64,000 bases of DNA. Origin: Octopus vulgaris (taxonomy: Eukaryota). The translations under genes and the position numbers were made by a program. Under the pieces are notes generated by a model. It saw only the letters and a list, made by a program, of their open reading frames with translations, made no database searches and was not told where the DNA came from. The stretch lies in NCBI GenBank assembly GCA_951406725.2, contig OX597819.1:93744001-93808000 (forward strand), in the 5' to 3' direction. Below are positions 12,437 through 26,625 of this stretch, one piece after another; the first letter of the stretch is position 1, and every line of letters starts with the position of its first letter.

Positions 12437-13001
12437 CAGGTGTTGTCAACCATTTTTTATCTATGGACCCCTTTGATTATAATTTTATTCTAATGGACTC
12501 CCATAACCATTTGATGCTTAACAAATCTTATTATATATCTATAATTAAATATTAGGAATTGTATTTTAAAAATTGTTAAAATATTTTGTGTATTGTAGAA
12601 GTATAGAGTGGAGGTGCAACAGCCCAGTGGTTAGGGAAGCGGACTCACGGTTGGAGGATCACGGTTTCAATTCTTGTGTGTGTTTATTGAGCGAAAACAC
12701 CTAAAAGTTCCACGAGGCTCCAGCAGGGGGTGGTGGTGACCCCTGTTGTACTCTTTCCCAACAACTTTCTCTCACTCTCTCTTCCTGTTTCTTGAGTAAT
12801 GCTGCAATGGACTGGCATCCCGTCCAGCCGGGGGGAACACATACGCCACAGAAACTGGAAAACCGGGCCCAAGAGCCTGGCTAGGCTTGAAAAGGGCAAT
12901 GTTTATCATTATTGTAGAAGTATAACCAAACACATAAACTTTAACATCAAAATCTTACATGGGCCCACAAGGGCCATATAGACCCAAGTTGAGAACCACT
13001 G
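12437..13001. mobile_element. hAT-type MITE interrupted by a SINE
   Basis: Ends CAGGTGTTGTCAAC and GTTGAGAACCACTG form an imperfect TIR. 8-bp flanks ATGCAACT and ATGCCACC match at 6/8, the hAT TSD length. Confidence 0.7.
12609..12905 (+). mobile_element. tRNA-derived SINE family C with 15-bp TSD
   Basis: Head TGGAGGTGCAACAGCCCAGTGGTTAGGG...GGTTTCAATTC. TSD TATTGTAGAAGTATA at 12591-12605 and 12910-12924. Confidence 0.85.
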
Positions 13002-14750
13002 ATGCCACCCATGTTAACATGGAAAAATAGACATAATACAAATGAACAATCAAATTTTCCAAATAAGTATATGCCCTTATACACATATTTGGAAAAATCT
13101 TATTTTGAAATTGCTCTTCATAACAATAATCACCATATTTTCACACTGTTTTCGTCCTCTGTTCAAATTATACAATGGAAACATGAACTAAAACACTGAG
13201 GTACCCAAGGGAAATGAGGCAACAGAGGTGAAACTGAGCTGGGTAGAGCACATAATTATATTCATGTCAACACCCAGTAGCAAGAACAGCATTTCTCTAT
13301 CTTCTTGAAAGGTGAGATGTCACTATATGATTTTGTCTGATTGGCAATAATTCATATGATTTGTAAATATTTAGCTAATGATGTTATAAATATCTTTAAG
13401 CTACAACACCAAATTAGTTTGATGATTAATAATAGACTTCTAAACATCACTTAAAATTTCTACTTGATCACCAAGGTAACCAAATTGCTTTGCAAGGTAA
13501 TTTATTATGTTATTAGTGGCATGGTTCTGTGGTTGAGAAGCTTGATTCCCAACCATGTGGTCTTTGGTTAAATTCCACTGCATGGTACCTTGGGCAAGCG
13601 TCATCATCATCGTTTAACATCTGTTTTCCATGCTAGCATGGGTTGGACGATTTGACTGAGGACTGGCAAACCAGATGGCTGCACCAGGCTCCAATCTTGA
13701 TCTGGGAGAGTTTCTACAGCTGGATGCCCTTCCTAACGCCAACCACTCCAAGAGTGTAGTGGGTGCTTTTACGTGCCACCGGCACGAGGGCCAGTCAGGC
13801 GGTACTGGCAACGGCCATGAAAAAGTTGGTTTTCCTTTTATGTTATATGCATACACACACACACACACATACATATATATATACATACATACATACATAC
13901 ATACATACATACATGACATGATCCTTATGTATATAAAGTAAATTTCAAATGCAAGATAGCTGTGAAAACAGTAAAAAAAAGTAAATGCCCCTAGAAGATG
14001 GAAAGGAGTTGCCAGAAGGTGGGTACAGAGAATTGAACCCTGTACCTCCCAGATATGTGATCCTCTGTGTGTTTGTGTGTGTGTGTGTGTGTTTGTGTGT
14101 GCTGTATGCGTACCCTTGTCTTGATATCATGATTGTAAATGAGCATTACTGTCACACCACACAAGCAATGTTCTTCATTTCTAGTTTTCTTAAAAAAAAA
14201 TATCTGGCCATTGGGAAATATTATCTTGCTTGGAAGCAAGTGAGGGTGGGCGACAGGAAGGGCATCCAGCTGCACAGAATCTGCCTCAACAAATTCTGTC
14301 TGACCAACAGAAGCATAGAAAAATTGATGTCAAAGGATGTTTCTCATGTTGAGAATTAACAAGATCCATATGCTGAGTAATTAAGGTGTTGAACTCATTA
14401 TCATTAAGTCATAAATGCAATTCTTGGAGCAGTTGAGACATTGTATTCATAAACAAAGCACTGTGCATCAGATTGTTCCAGTCTACTTAGCTGTAAATGA
14501 GTACCAGTCAGTTACTGATGCAGTTCTCTCTCCTCCCACCTGTGTTCCATTAGGTCATGGTTGAGAGGTATGAGGAGGTGTCTTTGTCTGCTTGCAATTA
14601 CATTGACACTGAAAACTATTAGGACAAGCATGGTACATGTTATCAAGCTACACTTGTTTGTAAGTGACTGCTGGCTGTACTATTTTATTTATTTTATATT
14701 GCAATTAGAGAAATAGTGCCATTGGTTAAAGGTTTCCAAAAAAAAAAAAA

Positions 14751-15170
14751 GGCGTAGGAGTGGCTGTGTGTGAAGTAGCTTGCTTACCAACCACATGGTA
14801 CCGGGTTCAGTCCCACTGTGCGGCACCTTGGGCAAGTGTCTTCTACTATAGCCTCAGGCCAACCAAAGCCTTCTGAGTGGATTTGGTAGATGGAAACTGA
14901 AAGAAGCCCGTCGTATATATATGTATATATATGTGTGTATGTATGTGTGTGTGAATATGTTTGTGTGTCTGTGTTTGTCCCCACCAACATCGCCTGACAA
15001 CTGATGCTGGTGTGTTTACGGGGACGTAACTTAGCGGTTCAGCAAAAGAGACCGATAGAATAAGTACTAGGCTTACAAAGAATAAGTCCTGGGGGGCAAT
15101 TTGCTTGACTAAAGGTGGTGCTCCAGCAAGGCCACAGTCAAATGACTGAAACGAGTAAAAGAGTAAAAGA
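14751..15170 (+). mobile_element. SINE family A, full length
   Basis: Matches the 10255 copy along its length. Confidence 0.9.
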
Positions 15171-16952
15171 ATCATGAATTATGACATTTTATTTCATAAG
15201 AGTGACAAGTGAGTATCTTTCACTTGGTACATAACAAATATCTTATAAGGAAGGACAATGTGGTTTTGAGTTCTCAGAACTAAACAAAAGAATAAAATCA
15301 TAATGTATGGAATATATTTACTCATAGATTGGTTTAATTATGACTGATCCAGGACTAAGCAATAATAATAACCGCTATAAAGAAAACTGTATATACGGGT
15401 ATTTACAATTCCGATCAGCTTTTATTTACTGCTCAAATGCAGCACATTGGCATTACCCAGCCACCCTACCCACCAGAAAAGGAAAAAGCTCTCCCAATAG
15501 AACACCATTACAACAATGGTGAACCTTTATGTGGTCATTTGGTCAATTCGAAATGGCAGCTGAACCTCCCTCATATCACTTCGTTATATCTTGAATAAGG
15601 AAAAGACACATTAAATAATACAGTTCTCCATATCACTAAAGAGACATATTTACCATTAGAATGTCTTTTAGCTACTTGATTAGTTTTAATACAGGCTCAA
15701 AATCTACAATCTCAAAATCTACAAGCTCAAAATCTACAATAGACACAGGTAATTAAGAATCCATGATTTCAGACAACAGTTCCTAAGTATCTCATTTCCC
15801 AAGTGACATCATTTTAAGATCAACTTTACCGTTTGTCCATCCCAGGTCAATAAAATAAAGTACCAGTCAAGTACTGGGTATGATATTTTAATTTCATTTT
15901 CTCATATCTATGTGTGTTAGGAGAGCAGTGGTACTACTTAAACTCATTCATGCACCAAATTCTTCCTTCATTTAAATGAAACCATTTGTAGAATGCAAAG
16001 AATCAAGTACCAACAAGCCAAACAATGGTTTTAGACTTCCTTTAATGAAGACTAAATAAATAAATAAACAGAAAATCCAAATTCTTCAACACAATAGCAA
16101 TAAGTTATTTTGATTAACATTTTCAGATTCATTTCTATTTTATATTCTCCCTAAACAATTCTTAGTGCAATATTAATTTTCAATAATAATGGATTTTATC
16201 AGAATAAAAAATAAAACACACTTCAAGAATGAAGTCAGATGTATAATGTTGCTATGACAACAATACTGAAATTGGTTCTTATTCCATTCTATTCAAATGG
16301 TGCTTTAATTTCTTAGGTGTTTCCCTTTTAAATAGGGTCAATAGATTTTTCCATAATTCAATTATTTATAATATCTTGATTTCATTTTATGGGTTATTGA
16401 TTAATTTAATTATTTGAAAATAATAACAACAAAAGTAATTCTTCATAATGGAAGCAAATACACACACACACACACACATGTGTCTGTGTATATGTGTGTG
16501 TGTATGTGTGCATTACATACTCATATCACCATCATCATCATCTTACATCTGCTTTCCAAGATGATATGCGTTGACTGGTATGGGTTGGATGTTCTGGTTG
16601 GATGGTGAGCAGTTGGATTGTGTTGAACTCCAATGTCAGCTTTGGTATGGTTTTCCCAGCTGAATGCCCCTCCTTATACCAACCATTTTACAGTGTGGTG
16701 CTGGGTGCATTTTTCAGCAAGGTTGCCAAATAATTTACAAGACAAGAAATGGAAAAGACAAGCCCACTTGACTAAGTGGGGGGAGAGTATTTCAGAGAGG
16801 GGCAGGTAGTTTCATGCCAGGTGTTGAGAGGCTAAAGTATGACAGGGAAAGCACAAACTCTCAAGGTACAAAATGATAAGTGTTACAGGAGAATCCTGAC
16901 GACCCATACTTGACTGAAGATAGTAATAAAAATGATAATATGCATGTGTGTG

Positions 16953-17008
<56 letters not shown>

Positions 17009-17082
17009 CATACATACATACATACACACATATATATTTAATATACATACGTATGTATATAAATGTATATATATATATTTAT

Positions 17083-17288
17083 ACCGCGTGTGTGCCGTTG
17101 GCGATTTTTATTTCCTCCATCTTCCCTTCTCTGGATCTTTCCTTTTTCCATGTTTCTGATGAAGAGCTCCGCTCGAAACGTAAAACCCTCCTTCTTCCCT
17201 TCCTTCCTGAGCGTCCAATAATACTATATTTGTTCCACGTCCTCACGTTGTTGTGTTTTTTCTTTGTGTTTTCATGTTTGGATTAACT
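17083..17288 (+). mobile_element. ~200-bp hammerhead-bearing element (solo Penelope pLTR-like / retrozyme-like), copy 1, in (TA)n
   Basis: Homologous to 46095-46281, 52890-53077 and the reverse complement of 61774-61976. Flanked by TA-rich microsatellite. Confidence 0.75.
17152..17186 (+). ncRNA. minimal type I hammerhead ribozyme motif
   Basis: GTTT-CTGATGA-A-GAGC-TCC-GCTC-GAAAC-GTA-AAAC: both core boxes, 4-bp stem II, 4-bp stem I (GTTT/AAAC), palindromic ACGT in place of stem III. Confidence 0.75.
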
Positions 17289-17297
17289 TTATATATT

Positions 17298-17373
<76 letters not shown>

Positions 17374-17444
17374 ACAAAATCCTGCTTCTTGATAGTTATT
17401 GTGTGGATAATATGTTACTAAAGAGGTTCAATGATATTAAAAGA

Positions 17445-17833
17445 TGTCTAAAATTGTTACCAAAAGTCAAAGACCAGAGTCATTCATCTCATCTTGAATA
17501 TCTATATTTAATTTTTAGTTAATTAAAATTTTCTTGAAATTTCATACTTGTTCCTTCTGTAAACAAACTTTTATTAATGCTAATGAATTTTAGTCTCATT
17601 GGGGTTGTAATTTTAATTGATTAGAAAAGAAATTATTTTCACTAGACCTCAAGAATCACATCTATACTCTCTTTGGAATAAGTGTGTGTGTGTGTGTGTG
17701 CATGTGTGTGTGTGTGCATGTGTGTGTGTGCATGTGTGTGTGTGTGCATGTCAAGCAGTAAGGAGAAAAAGAAGTCGACATGGAAAAAGTCAAATGTTGT
17801 ATTAGTTCAACACTTAAAAAGAAGAGTCTTGAT
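17445..17833 (+). repeat. left arm of local inverted duplication (pairs with 20412-20716)
   Basis: Reverse complement of 20412-20716 apart from about five substitutions, a longer (TG)n tract and an extra 40 nt (17784-17823). Confidence 0.95.
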
Positions 17834-17864
<31 letters not shown>

Positions 17865-18419
17865 TACATACATACATACATACATACATACATACATACA
17901 TGCATGCATGCATGCATACATACATACATACATACATACATACATACATACATACATACATACATACATACATACATACATACATACATACATACATGCA
18001 TGCATGCATGCATGCATGCATGCATGCATACATATATACATACATAGACAGAGGAGTCCGGTGTAATCCATGGGCAGGAGAGGTGCAGCTGAAATGTAGT
18101 AGAAAGCCCAGGTAGAGAATCTGTAATAGTTCCTTGGGTAATGAGATGAGACAGGATCAACTGGTGCGACCACGTGAGTGTGTACTATATGGGGAGAATT
18201 CACAAAAAAAAAAAACAAAAGACAAAGACAGATGATGTAGGCAACAAACAGATGTATACATACATACATGTGCATTTATATTCATATAAATTTTTAGATA
18301 TATACATATATATATATATAAACTTAGATAAACTTAGATATGTTTCGACCAGAGATTGGTCCAGGCCATGTCTAACTTAATAGCACCACCTGATATATAT
18401 ATATATATATATATACATA

Positions 18420-18725
18420 TGGAGGTGCAATAGCGCAGTGGTTAGTGCAACAGATTTGCAGTCACAGGATCACTGTTTTGATTCCCAGACCGGGTGTTGT
18501 GCATGTTTATTTAGTGAAAACACCTAAAGCTCCATGAGGCTCTAGCAGGGTGGGGTGGTGACCCCTGTTGTAGTCTTTTGCCCCAACTTTCTCTCACTCT
18601 TTCTTCCTGTTTTTCGAGTAATGCTGCGATGGACTGGCATCCCATCCAGCTGGGGGGAACACATATGCCACAGAAACCAGGAACCCGGGCCCATGAGCCT
18701 GATTAGGTTTGAAAATGGCGCATAA
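18420..18725 (+). mobile_element. SINE family C
   Basis: Matches the 12609 copy (GATGGACTGGCATCCCATCCAG...GAAACC...GGGCCC). Confidence 0.85.
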
Positions 18726-20321
18726 AAAAAAAAATATATATATATTAAATCCCTCACTGTAACAAAAATATCAAACATTCTCTAAAATATACTTTTCTGC
18801 CTTTTCCAACTTTATTTACTTTTTTAACCATAATTTTTTATTTGTATGGACTTCTAACCCCTTTTCATCTATATATATGTGTGTGTGTGTGTGTATGTGT
18901 GTATTATATTACATTTTCTTGCACAAACATACTCTATCTTACACCTATACATACATGTAGACTCACATGCACAATAGCTTGCTTTATAGGCTTGCACACT
19001 TATATACACTAATCATGCACTATATAAGCAACCTAATACATATTATAGTGTCAAACACAATACTTATATATAGATAGACATTGATAGACAGTTAGATAGA
19101 GAAATATGAATGTTTGAGACATATGTTTACATACAATATGTACAAATACTATTGTTGTAACTTTCAAATAGCTAATGTGTTGCCACATGACTATATGTAC
19201 AAATGTATTTCTATTGCATTTCACTTTTTGGGATAACTAATTGGATTTTACAGCTACCTGTAGCTTGCCTAGGACATAGCATTAAACAGAGAGAGCTGGG
19301 TCACATATTTAATATTTAATTGAATTTCTAAAATAGCAATATTTTCCAGAAACAAGCGCAAGAATAATTTCTCTTCATATTCATTGATAAAAATTAGAAA
19401 GAAAAAGAATTTAAAATAATCAAGTTTGAGATTCCTAGCTTCATTAGTTTCTGAGATACCAGAGCAGACATTCAAACAATCCATCAAGTAAACAAGACAA
19501 ATAAAAATAAAAACTGTGGCACCTAATATTTTGGTGGTTCTATTGGTTGGAAAGAATGTGTGGAAGGAAACAGTTGTAATGGTGCACAATTATCATTAAC
19601 TGAGAGAAATCAAACAGGAGATTATTTTGTCTTGTTTTCCAATGACATTCATAATAAGGTGGTTGTTATGTCTCGATAAGAAAGAGCTTACAGATATATG
19701 CACACAAAATATAATGCAAACTCCTAATTGTGTATACAGGACTAAGTTACTGTTACACACATTTGTGGAGTCATCAGGTGAGAATATCTGACTGTCTGTG
19801 TGACCTTCTCAAATGTTATATAATTGTACAAATTCTCTCCTCTTCAGATGCAGAAAATTGTCATCAAACAGCCTGACCATTACTGGAAAGTCTTCTCTTT
19901 TTGTCAGGGGCAATACCTCAGGGCTGCCTCTATCAATTTTAGCATGATGTATGATAGATATAATCCAGATTTCAGAGATGCTTGAGTAGATGCCAGTAGA
20001 AGTATTTATGCAGCGTACATTAAATATATTTACGGGACTTAATTGGACTCCTCTTATGCAAGGTACAGAGGTACAAATTCTTCTTGGTGGGTAACAATGC
20101 TGGAATAGGTGGAGTATATATATATATATCGTTGACTGAGAAATGAACTGAGATAGGTAGTATGAAAGCAATTGAATTTAAAACTCATTTTAGGCTACAC
20201 AATAACAGCAGTGATATCTGCGTATACCTTCCACCATCAATCCGAAATGACAGATGGTCTAAAGAGCCATTTGAATTAGACCCTTTTATCAGCAACTGTG
20301 TCAACAATATGACAACATCCT

Positions 20322-20395
20322 TATTATCAAAGTAGGGAACTTTAATGGGCAGGTTGGGTATTATCATAATGGTAGTTTCAATGTACATGGAAGCT
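20322..20395 (+). pseudogene. possible highly decayed Penelope-type reverse transcriptase motif
   Basis: With one frameshift it reads YYQ..GTLMG...MYMEA, resembling YxQxxGxxMGSPLSPxxAxLYME. No downstream YVDD motif found. Confidence 0.25.
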
Positions 20396-20411
20396 ATGGA
20401 TATGAGAAGGG

Positions 20412-20716
20412 ATCAAGACTCCCATGTCGACTTCTTTTTCTCCTTACTGCTTAACACACACACAAACACACACGCACACATATTCCAAAGAGAGTATAGA
20501 TGTGATTCTTGAGGTCTAATGAAAATAATTTCTTTTCTAATCAATTAAAATTACAACCCCAATGAGACTAAAATTCATTAGCATTAATAAAAGTTTGTTT
20601 ACAGAAGGAGCAAGTATGAAATTTCAAGAAAATTTTAATTAACTAAAAATTAAATATAGATATTCAAGATGAGATGAATGACTCTGGTCTTTGACTTTTG
20701 GTAACAATTTTAAACA
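20412..20716 (-). repeat. right arm of local inverted duplication (pairs with 17445-17833)
   Basis: Example: CCATGTCGACTTCTTTTTCTCCTTACTGCTT here versus AAGCAGTAAGGAGAAAAAGAAGTCGACATGG in the left arm. Confidence 0.95.
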
Positions 20717-21556
20717 ATGATGCAAATGATCCACCCATATTCAACACAAAGTTTAGAGAACTACCCAGTAAATTCACCAACTTCCCTTAGTATGACATAA
20801 ACTAATGGAAGAATAGTTGGTGTACATGATGGAAAAAGAGTGGGAGATAGAGATTTATAATGCAGGCAAATGACTGAGAGGTTCAACAAAATAAACTGCT
20901 GCAGAAGTTGATTTGGTAGTGAAATGGTACAATAGAAGTTATAACACTAAGAGAGATAGACTAGGAAAAATTAGAAGAGGAGAACCCAGGAACAATATCA
21001 AATAACTAGAAAAGAAACTAGATATCAGGGTCACATAGAATGAAGTTAGACTGAAAGTAAGAGGTTTGCCAATGTTCTGCAATAAGAATATCAATGGCGT
21101 GAAGAATTTTGTATTTCAAAGCAGTGTGTTTGTGCAAATTATTGGAGTAAAGTGTAAATGAAATTAGAGCAGTACACCTGATTTTGGTCACGCCAAGAAG
21201 GGGAATAGAAAATTACTAATTGACAGAGATACATAGTAGAGAGAGAGAGAGAGAGAGATGCAGCAACTATTGAAGGTCACAGTTATATGGCCAAAAGCAT
21301 GATTGAAGGTATGAAGGTAGGGAAAATAAAGGAGTTATTGAGGATGGTCAATCACATGCTGAAAATATCTGAAGCAGGCCATGTACTAGTTCCTACAGTG
21401 AATCAGATTACACATAGCAATATCACAGACAATGACTGGCATTGCAGTATCATTAGTTGAGACAAGGACAAAGAAGACATTCTAGAAAGAAGCAGTTACA
21501 GAGACATCAGACTGAGGGATCGAGTTAGGGACTTGATAGAAAGAGTATTAGCACAA

Positions 21557-21947
21557 AAGGCAGCGAGCTGGCAGAAACGTTAGCACGCCAGGCGAAATGT
21601 TTAGCGGTATTTCGTTCTGAGTTCAAATTCCGCCAAGGTCGACTTTGCCGTTTATCCTTTCGATTAAATAAGTACCAGTTACGCACTGGGGTCGATATAA
21701 TTGACTTAATCCGTTTGTCTGTCCTTGTTTGTCCTCTCTGTGTTTAGCCCCTTGGGCTTAGTAAAGAAATAGGTATTTCATCTGCCGCTACGTTCTGAGT
21801 TCAAATTCCGCCAAGGTCAACTTTGCCTTTCAGGGTCGATTAAATAAGTGCTAGTTATGCACTGGGGTCGATATAATCGACTTAATTCATTTGTCTGTCC
21901 TTGTTTCTCCCCTCTGTGTTTAGCCCCTTGTGAGCAATAAAGAAATA
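21557..21947 (+). mobile_element. SINE family B, dimeric, perfect 19-bp TSD
   Basis: TSD AGAAAGAGTATTAGCACAA at 21538-21556 and 21948-21966. Confidence 0.92.
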
Positions 21948-24900
21948 AGAAAGAGTATTAGCACAAGTCAATAGGAACTGAAGTATTAACTTCAATAAGA
22001 TGTAATTTGGATTTGTTAGTGTGATATCTACAGACGTTCTTAGCTAAGAAAGTGTGAGCCACTACACTAAACAGCTGTCAATCTGTGGAAATGCCTTTGA
22101 TAAGGCATAATGCCCAATAGTCAGTGAGGGGTAGACATCTGTCAAAAATATAGATTTAAATGAATGTATCATGATCTGCAGGAGATTTGGGATGTTGCTT
22201 TTAGCAGCTTGAAAAAGGCTACATAAAGGCTCCCTCATTGGCTCATACATCCGTTAATGTAGGATGGTGAGCAGGTGGAATTGTTAGCATGCTGGGCAAA
22301 ATGCTTAGCAACTTTTCATCTGTCCCTTGCATTCTGTGTTCAAATTCCACCAAGATTGATTTTGCCTTTCATCCATTTGGGATCAATAAAATAGGTACCA
22401 GTTGAGCAATGTGGTTGATATAGTTGACTTACCAATTTTCCAAAACATGCCAACCTTATGTCAAAATGTTAAACCAACATATTACACAAGTGTTTAGAAC
22501 ATAAAACATTCTTATACGAAAATGTTGGAATAATTTAATTCAAATTATATGAGCATATCAGAACGGCTTTTGTGGTGTGAATTGTTTATCATGGGACTTG
22601 GAGTAGTCTAAAAGTGCTAAACATTTGCATGTAGATCACGTAACATTTCTAACAGAAGCAGTTCCTTATGAATCAGAAAAAGTGATCTTATAAACTTGAA
22701 CAGTAGTACATGTAAAAGAAGATACATTTAAAGTGTTTAACAGTCAACATGTGGGCAGCAATGACTCAACAGGATACACTACATACATACATATATTATT
22801 ATAAATGAAACCAATATTATTATTATTATTACTATTATTATTATTATATCTCAATTCCACTTCATGACTTTGTGAAATGGCATCAGATAAATAAACAAAG
22901 ACAGAATATGTTTTCCATGCTCTGGAATTAGTTTGCTATACAACTGTAATAGGTGTATATTTTTGGCATGAGTCATACCATGATGATAGATACCAGGTAA
23001 AAAAAAAAAATATTATTTTTGGTACTTTTACATCCCTCTTTGTTTTTCATGAAATGGGTTTAGGTTTGACTTTTTTTGTAATGTTCTTAAAATAATGATT
23101 CATGCATATGAATTGCTAAGGTAAATACTTTTACATCAAGATACTTAAATATGTACCAGTTATCATCAGCCCCAAGGGATTACCAACAAAATGTATTTTC
23201 AGGTGTGTGTGTATGTAAAAGTTATAAACTATAGTCAATATATCATCCTACTCTGAACTCCCCATAGTATAATAAGGTTGGTCAGTATTCTTTTTTTACA
23301 TTAAGCATTTGAGAAAGAGAAACAAAAGTCATTTATGTTTGAAACTAATTATTTGTACTTTTAAGTTTCTAGTAAAGAGAACTATAACAGAAGGCACTGA
23401 AGTAGACATGAGCAAGCAAAGGGCCTCGAGATCAGATTTTCATAACATTTTTATGATTCTAAACTAAACAAAGGTTATCCAATATGCCATGCAGCCATAA
23501 TAGACATCCTCTTGATAGTATGACTTCAGAAAACGTTCATAGTTTGGTTTTATTTTGAATATGGATAATAAGGGAAGAAAATTATATTAGAGATCAAATC
23601 TGATATCCATCAGCCTTTGGTCTCCATACTTCTTATCTTGCCCTCAATTAAGAACCCATAATCTACATGGCCATTTGACCTGCTTGAAATAGCAGCCAAA
23701 TCTCTCTCAAATCACACATTGAACAATATAGTCCTACATACACAATGCTGGAGAAAAAGAAAAGATAATCATGAACAGAGCACTTTTAATCAAAGGTCTT
23801 CTCCAGTCTGAGATGAACTGTAGCTAAAAAAAATAACAATAGCATGCACTCACGATCAGAAGATCATGGTTTCAATTCGTAGACCAAGTGGTGTGTTGTG
23901 TTCCTGAGCAAAACACTTCATCTCACATTGCACTGAGATCACTCCAGCACCTGATACCTGACACACTGTGCACCTATCCAGACAACATCGATTTGACGGA
24001 AGAAGTGAGTTAATGTACAGCATATATACTTGATCACTATAAAAAAATCATTTGTGCCAGTCGTTCAGCAAAAGCTGAACTTTCAGGCATTGTCTTCAAT
24101 GGAAGGGTCCATCAATACTTTTGGCAGGCATTTTATCCAGAAATCACAGACAATAATAACAGTCACTTCACTTAAGGCCTTTTGTTACTGAATGGACATA
24201 AGCTATTGATGACTTTTCTTTACTGCCTTCAACTCTGAACTGTCTTTCCTGCACCTCTCTTGTTGGATCCCTGCTTTTTTCACTGTGCCTCAGTATCCCA
24301 CTTCAAACTATTTTTAGTACATTCTCTCCCCTGCCTCCCTGGTGGGTTGTAGGTCAGAGCCTAATGTGTAGTACAAGATGTTGGTTTCCTTCTTCTCTCA
24401 GATCTTGTAGGTTTTGAATTGTCATCAACCCTTCTGTAACTGCTTTTTCTACACAGGATGTTAGCTCAATGCAAACCCATTTTTACTTCTGGGAAGAGAT
24501 GGTCAGTATTAGTCTGGCATCTGTCCTTTGACCTGTCCATCATGGAAAGTTCATGCTCTGCTGGCATAGCTGACTGGGTCATTGTGGCACACAATCCACC
24601 ACAACACAACAAAAAATCGATCTTGACGTGGATAAGAGCAGTACATTAACTTTTAAAACCACTGATACACAAGTATTTACTGCTACTCTGCTGATTGATC
24701 TAATAGCAATTAGTTTAGTTGTAACTACAGATGCATGTTGTCAAACGATGCTGAAAGTTCAAATGACTAGTCTGTAGTTAGAACCCCCAAATGTATCAAC
24801 GATTTAGTGTCAACTTAAAGCACAAATTACTAACTCAGTTGGATGTTTTTATGGCAATTCATCTCCAATTCACCAGTTGACAACAGCAGACAATACTGGT

Positions 24901-25815
24901 GAGGTTTTACCTTCAGGCTTCAACTGAATCTAATTTCCCTGGTTCCCAAGTTGGATAGTTTACTAATTATCTTATACTCAGTTAATGTCAAATTACTTGA
25001 TGAAATCATGTTTCTTTAATTTAATCATGTTTCTTTAATTTAAATTAAGTTGTTCATAAGCATGTATAGAATATTGAATTTTTACTTTTTTTCATATTTA
25101 CTTATTTTTCACTTTCTTAAAGTGCCAACAAGCGAGCAATTAAAATGATGAAAACAAAACAAACACTCATGAATGATTTTCATTAGTTTATTTTTTTTTA
25201 ACTTTTGCAATTATAAGTTGGCAAAATAGTAAAGAGCTGAATTAGTTTTCTGAAAAATATCTACTTTGGTTCTTTGTTTATCAGAGTTTCCATATTCATG
25301 GTTGATATCTTAGCATAATTACCATTACACTACTCAATACAATGTCAGCTATACTACATGTTCTCAACATGATCATGCATCAAATTTTGAGATTGTCTTT
25401 GTTATGTTCACATGTGATCCTTTACATTAGTACTCTCAGGTAACTGACTGATTGAACTACCTATGAAATTAATAACCCCTACAATTACCCACAGGGCCCC
25501 ACATCTTCCCCTCTCTTCATATCTTTAATCGCTTTATCTACCAAGCTGCTGTTGACTTGAATTGCTGATCCCTCTAAAGGGTTACCATGAGGTAGCCCTT
25601 CTTTATCCCATGCATTCTCTACATTCAGCAGCCTTTCATAATAGCACTAACATGCCATTATCTTGTCTTCCATATCAGTGGTACTCATCATTCCAAATAT
25701 ACATCTTGTCAATGACATCTTAGTTCTCTGTCACACACTCTCTCACACACAATCCTGAACACTTCATGTTTCTGATCCTCATGTTGCAGGACAGGCATAA
25801 ATCTCTTCTTTACTA

Positions 25816-25850
<35 letters not shown>

Positions 25851-25859
25851 CCTCTCTCT

Positions 25860-26590
25860 CATAGCCAAATATACCTTTCACCAAGCTGCTCTTCTATCTT
25901 TTTGGTAATGCTCCTTGTTAACACCTTCCTTCCAAGTTTCCTGAGCCTCTCCTTTGGTTTAGCCAGGACTTTGCGCCAACCACACGTTACAATCTAGATC
26001 TTTCTCCCTAATGAGACACTTATCAATTAACATTTCTCTAAACTTTTTCCCATCTGTAATATCTTTTACTTCCCCTATCTTCCTTCTCTATACCATCATG
26101 TGATTAACTCCGGTAATCTATGTTGCATTCTTCAGCAAGAATGGTTTTGATATTTACAATAGATCTTCTGTCATGTTTTCTGGTGAAAACGTAATTTATC
26201 TGACTAGTGTGTTTGCCAGATGGCCAGTAAGTGATGAGGTAACTGGCTGGTTTCTTAAACTGTGTGATGCTAATCGTTAGTTGAGTTGTATCACAGAATC
26301 CAGAAGCCTTAAGCACATCTCATTTCTTGATTCATATCCATAGATTCCATCTATGCCATCATCATGTTGGCTAACATGTCTGTTTAAGTTGCTGACCATA
26401 AAAATGAAGCATTGCCAGTCGTTCTTGAGGTAATCTGCTGAAAGATCTCACAGAAGCGATCCTTCTGATCTTCTAGCAGTCTTACCTGTAGGGCATATGC
26501 TGAGACAAACGTTGTTGTTGATTTGTTTATAGTTAGTCTCAACTTAATTTTCCTAACACACATTCTAACTATTCCATCCCATATCATCAT
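25860..26590 (-). mobile_element. RTE-clade LINE remnant (APE endonuclease region)
   Basis: Minus ORFs give FVSAYALQVRLLEDQKDRF and FCDTTQLTISITQFKKPASYLITY..SGKHTSQINYV, decayed versions of ISAYAPQ and NTxFxK..H..T..S...SQIDY. Confidence 0.75.
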
Positions 26591-26625
26591 AGCAGCATTT
26601 AACATATGCATGTATGTGTGTGTGT

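Noticed and set aside
17700-18030. Clusters of TGCATG (Rbfox motif), plus one at 47398-47403
   Set aside because: They arise within (CATG)/(TG) microsatellites throughout the window, so there is no evidence of specificity.
18320-18392. Minus-strand GACC...GGTC-GAAAC-ATA hairpin resembling half a hammerhead
   Set aside because: No CUGANGA box at the required position.
19809-20171. 120-aa minus-strand ORF in non-microsatellite sequence
   Set aside because: No recognisable domain; the region is more likely a decayed retroelement.
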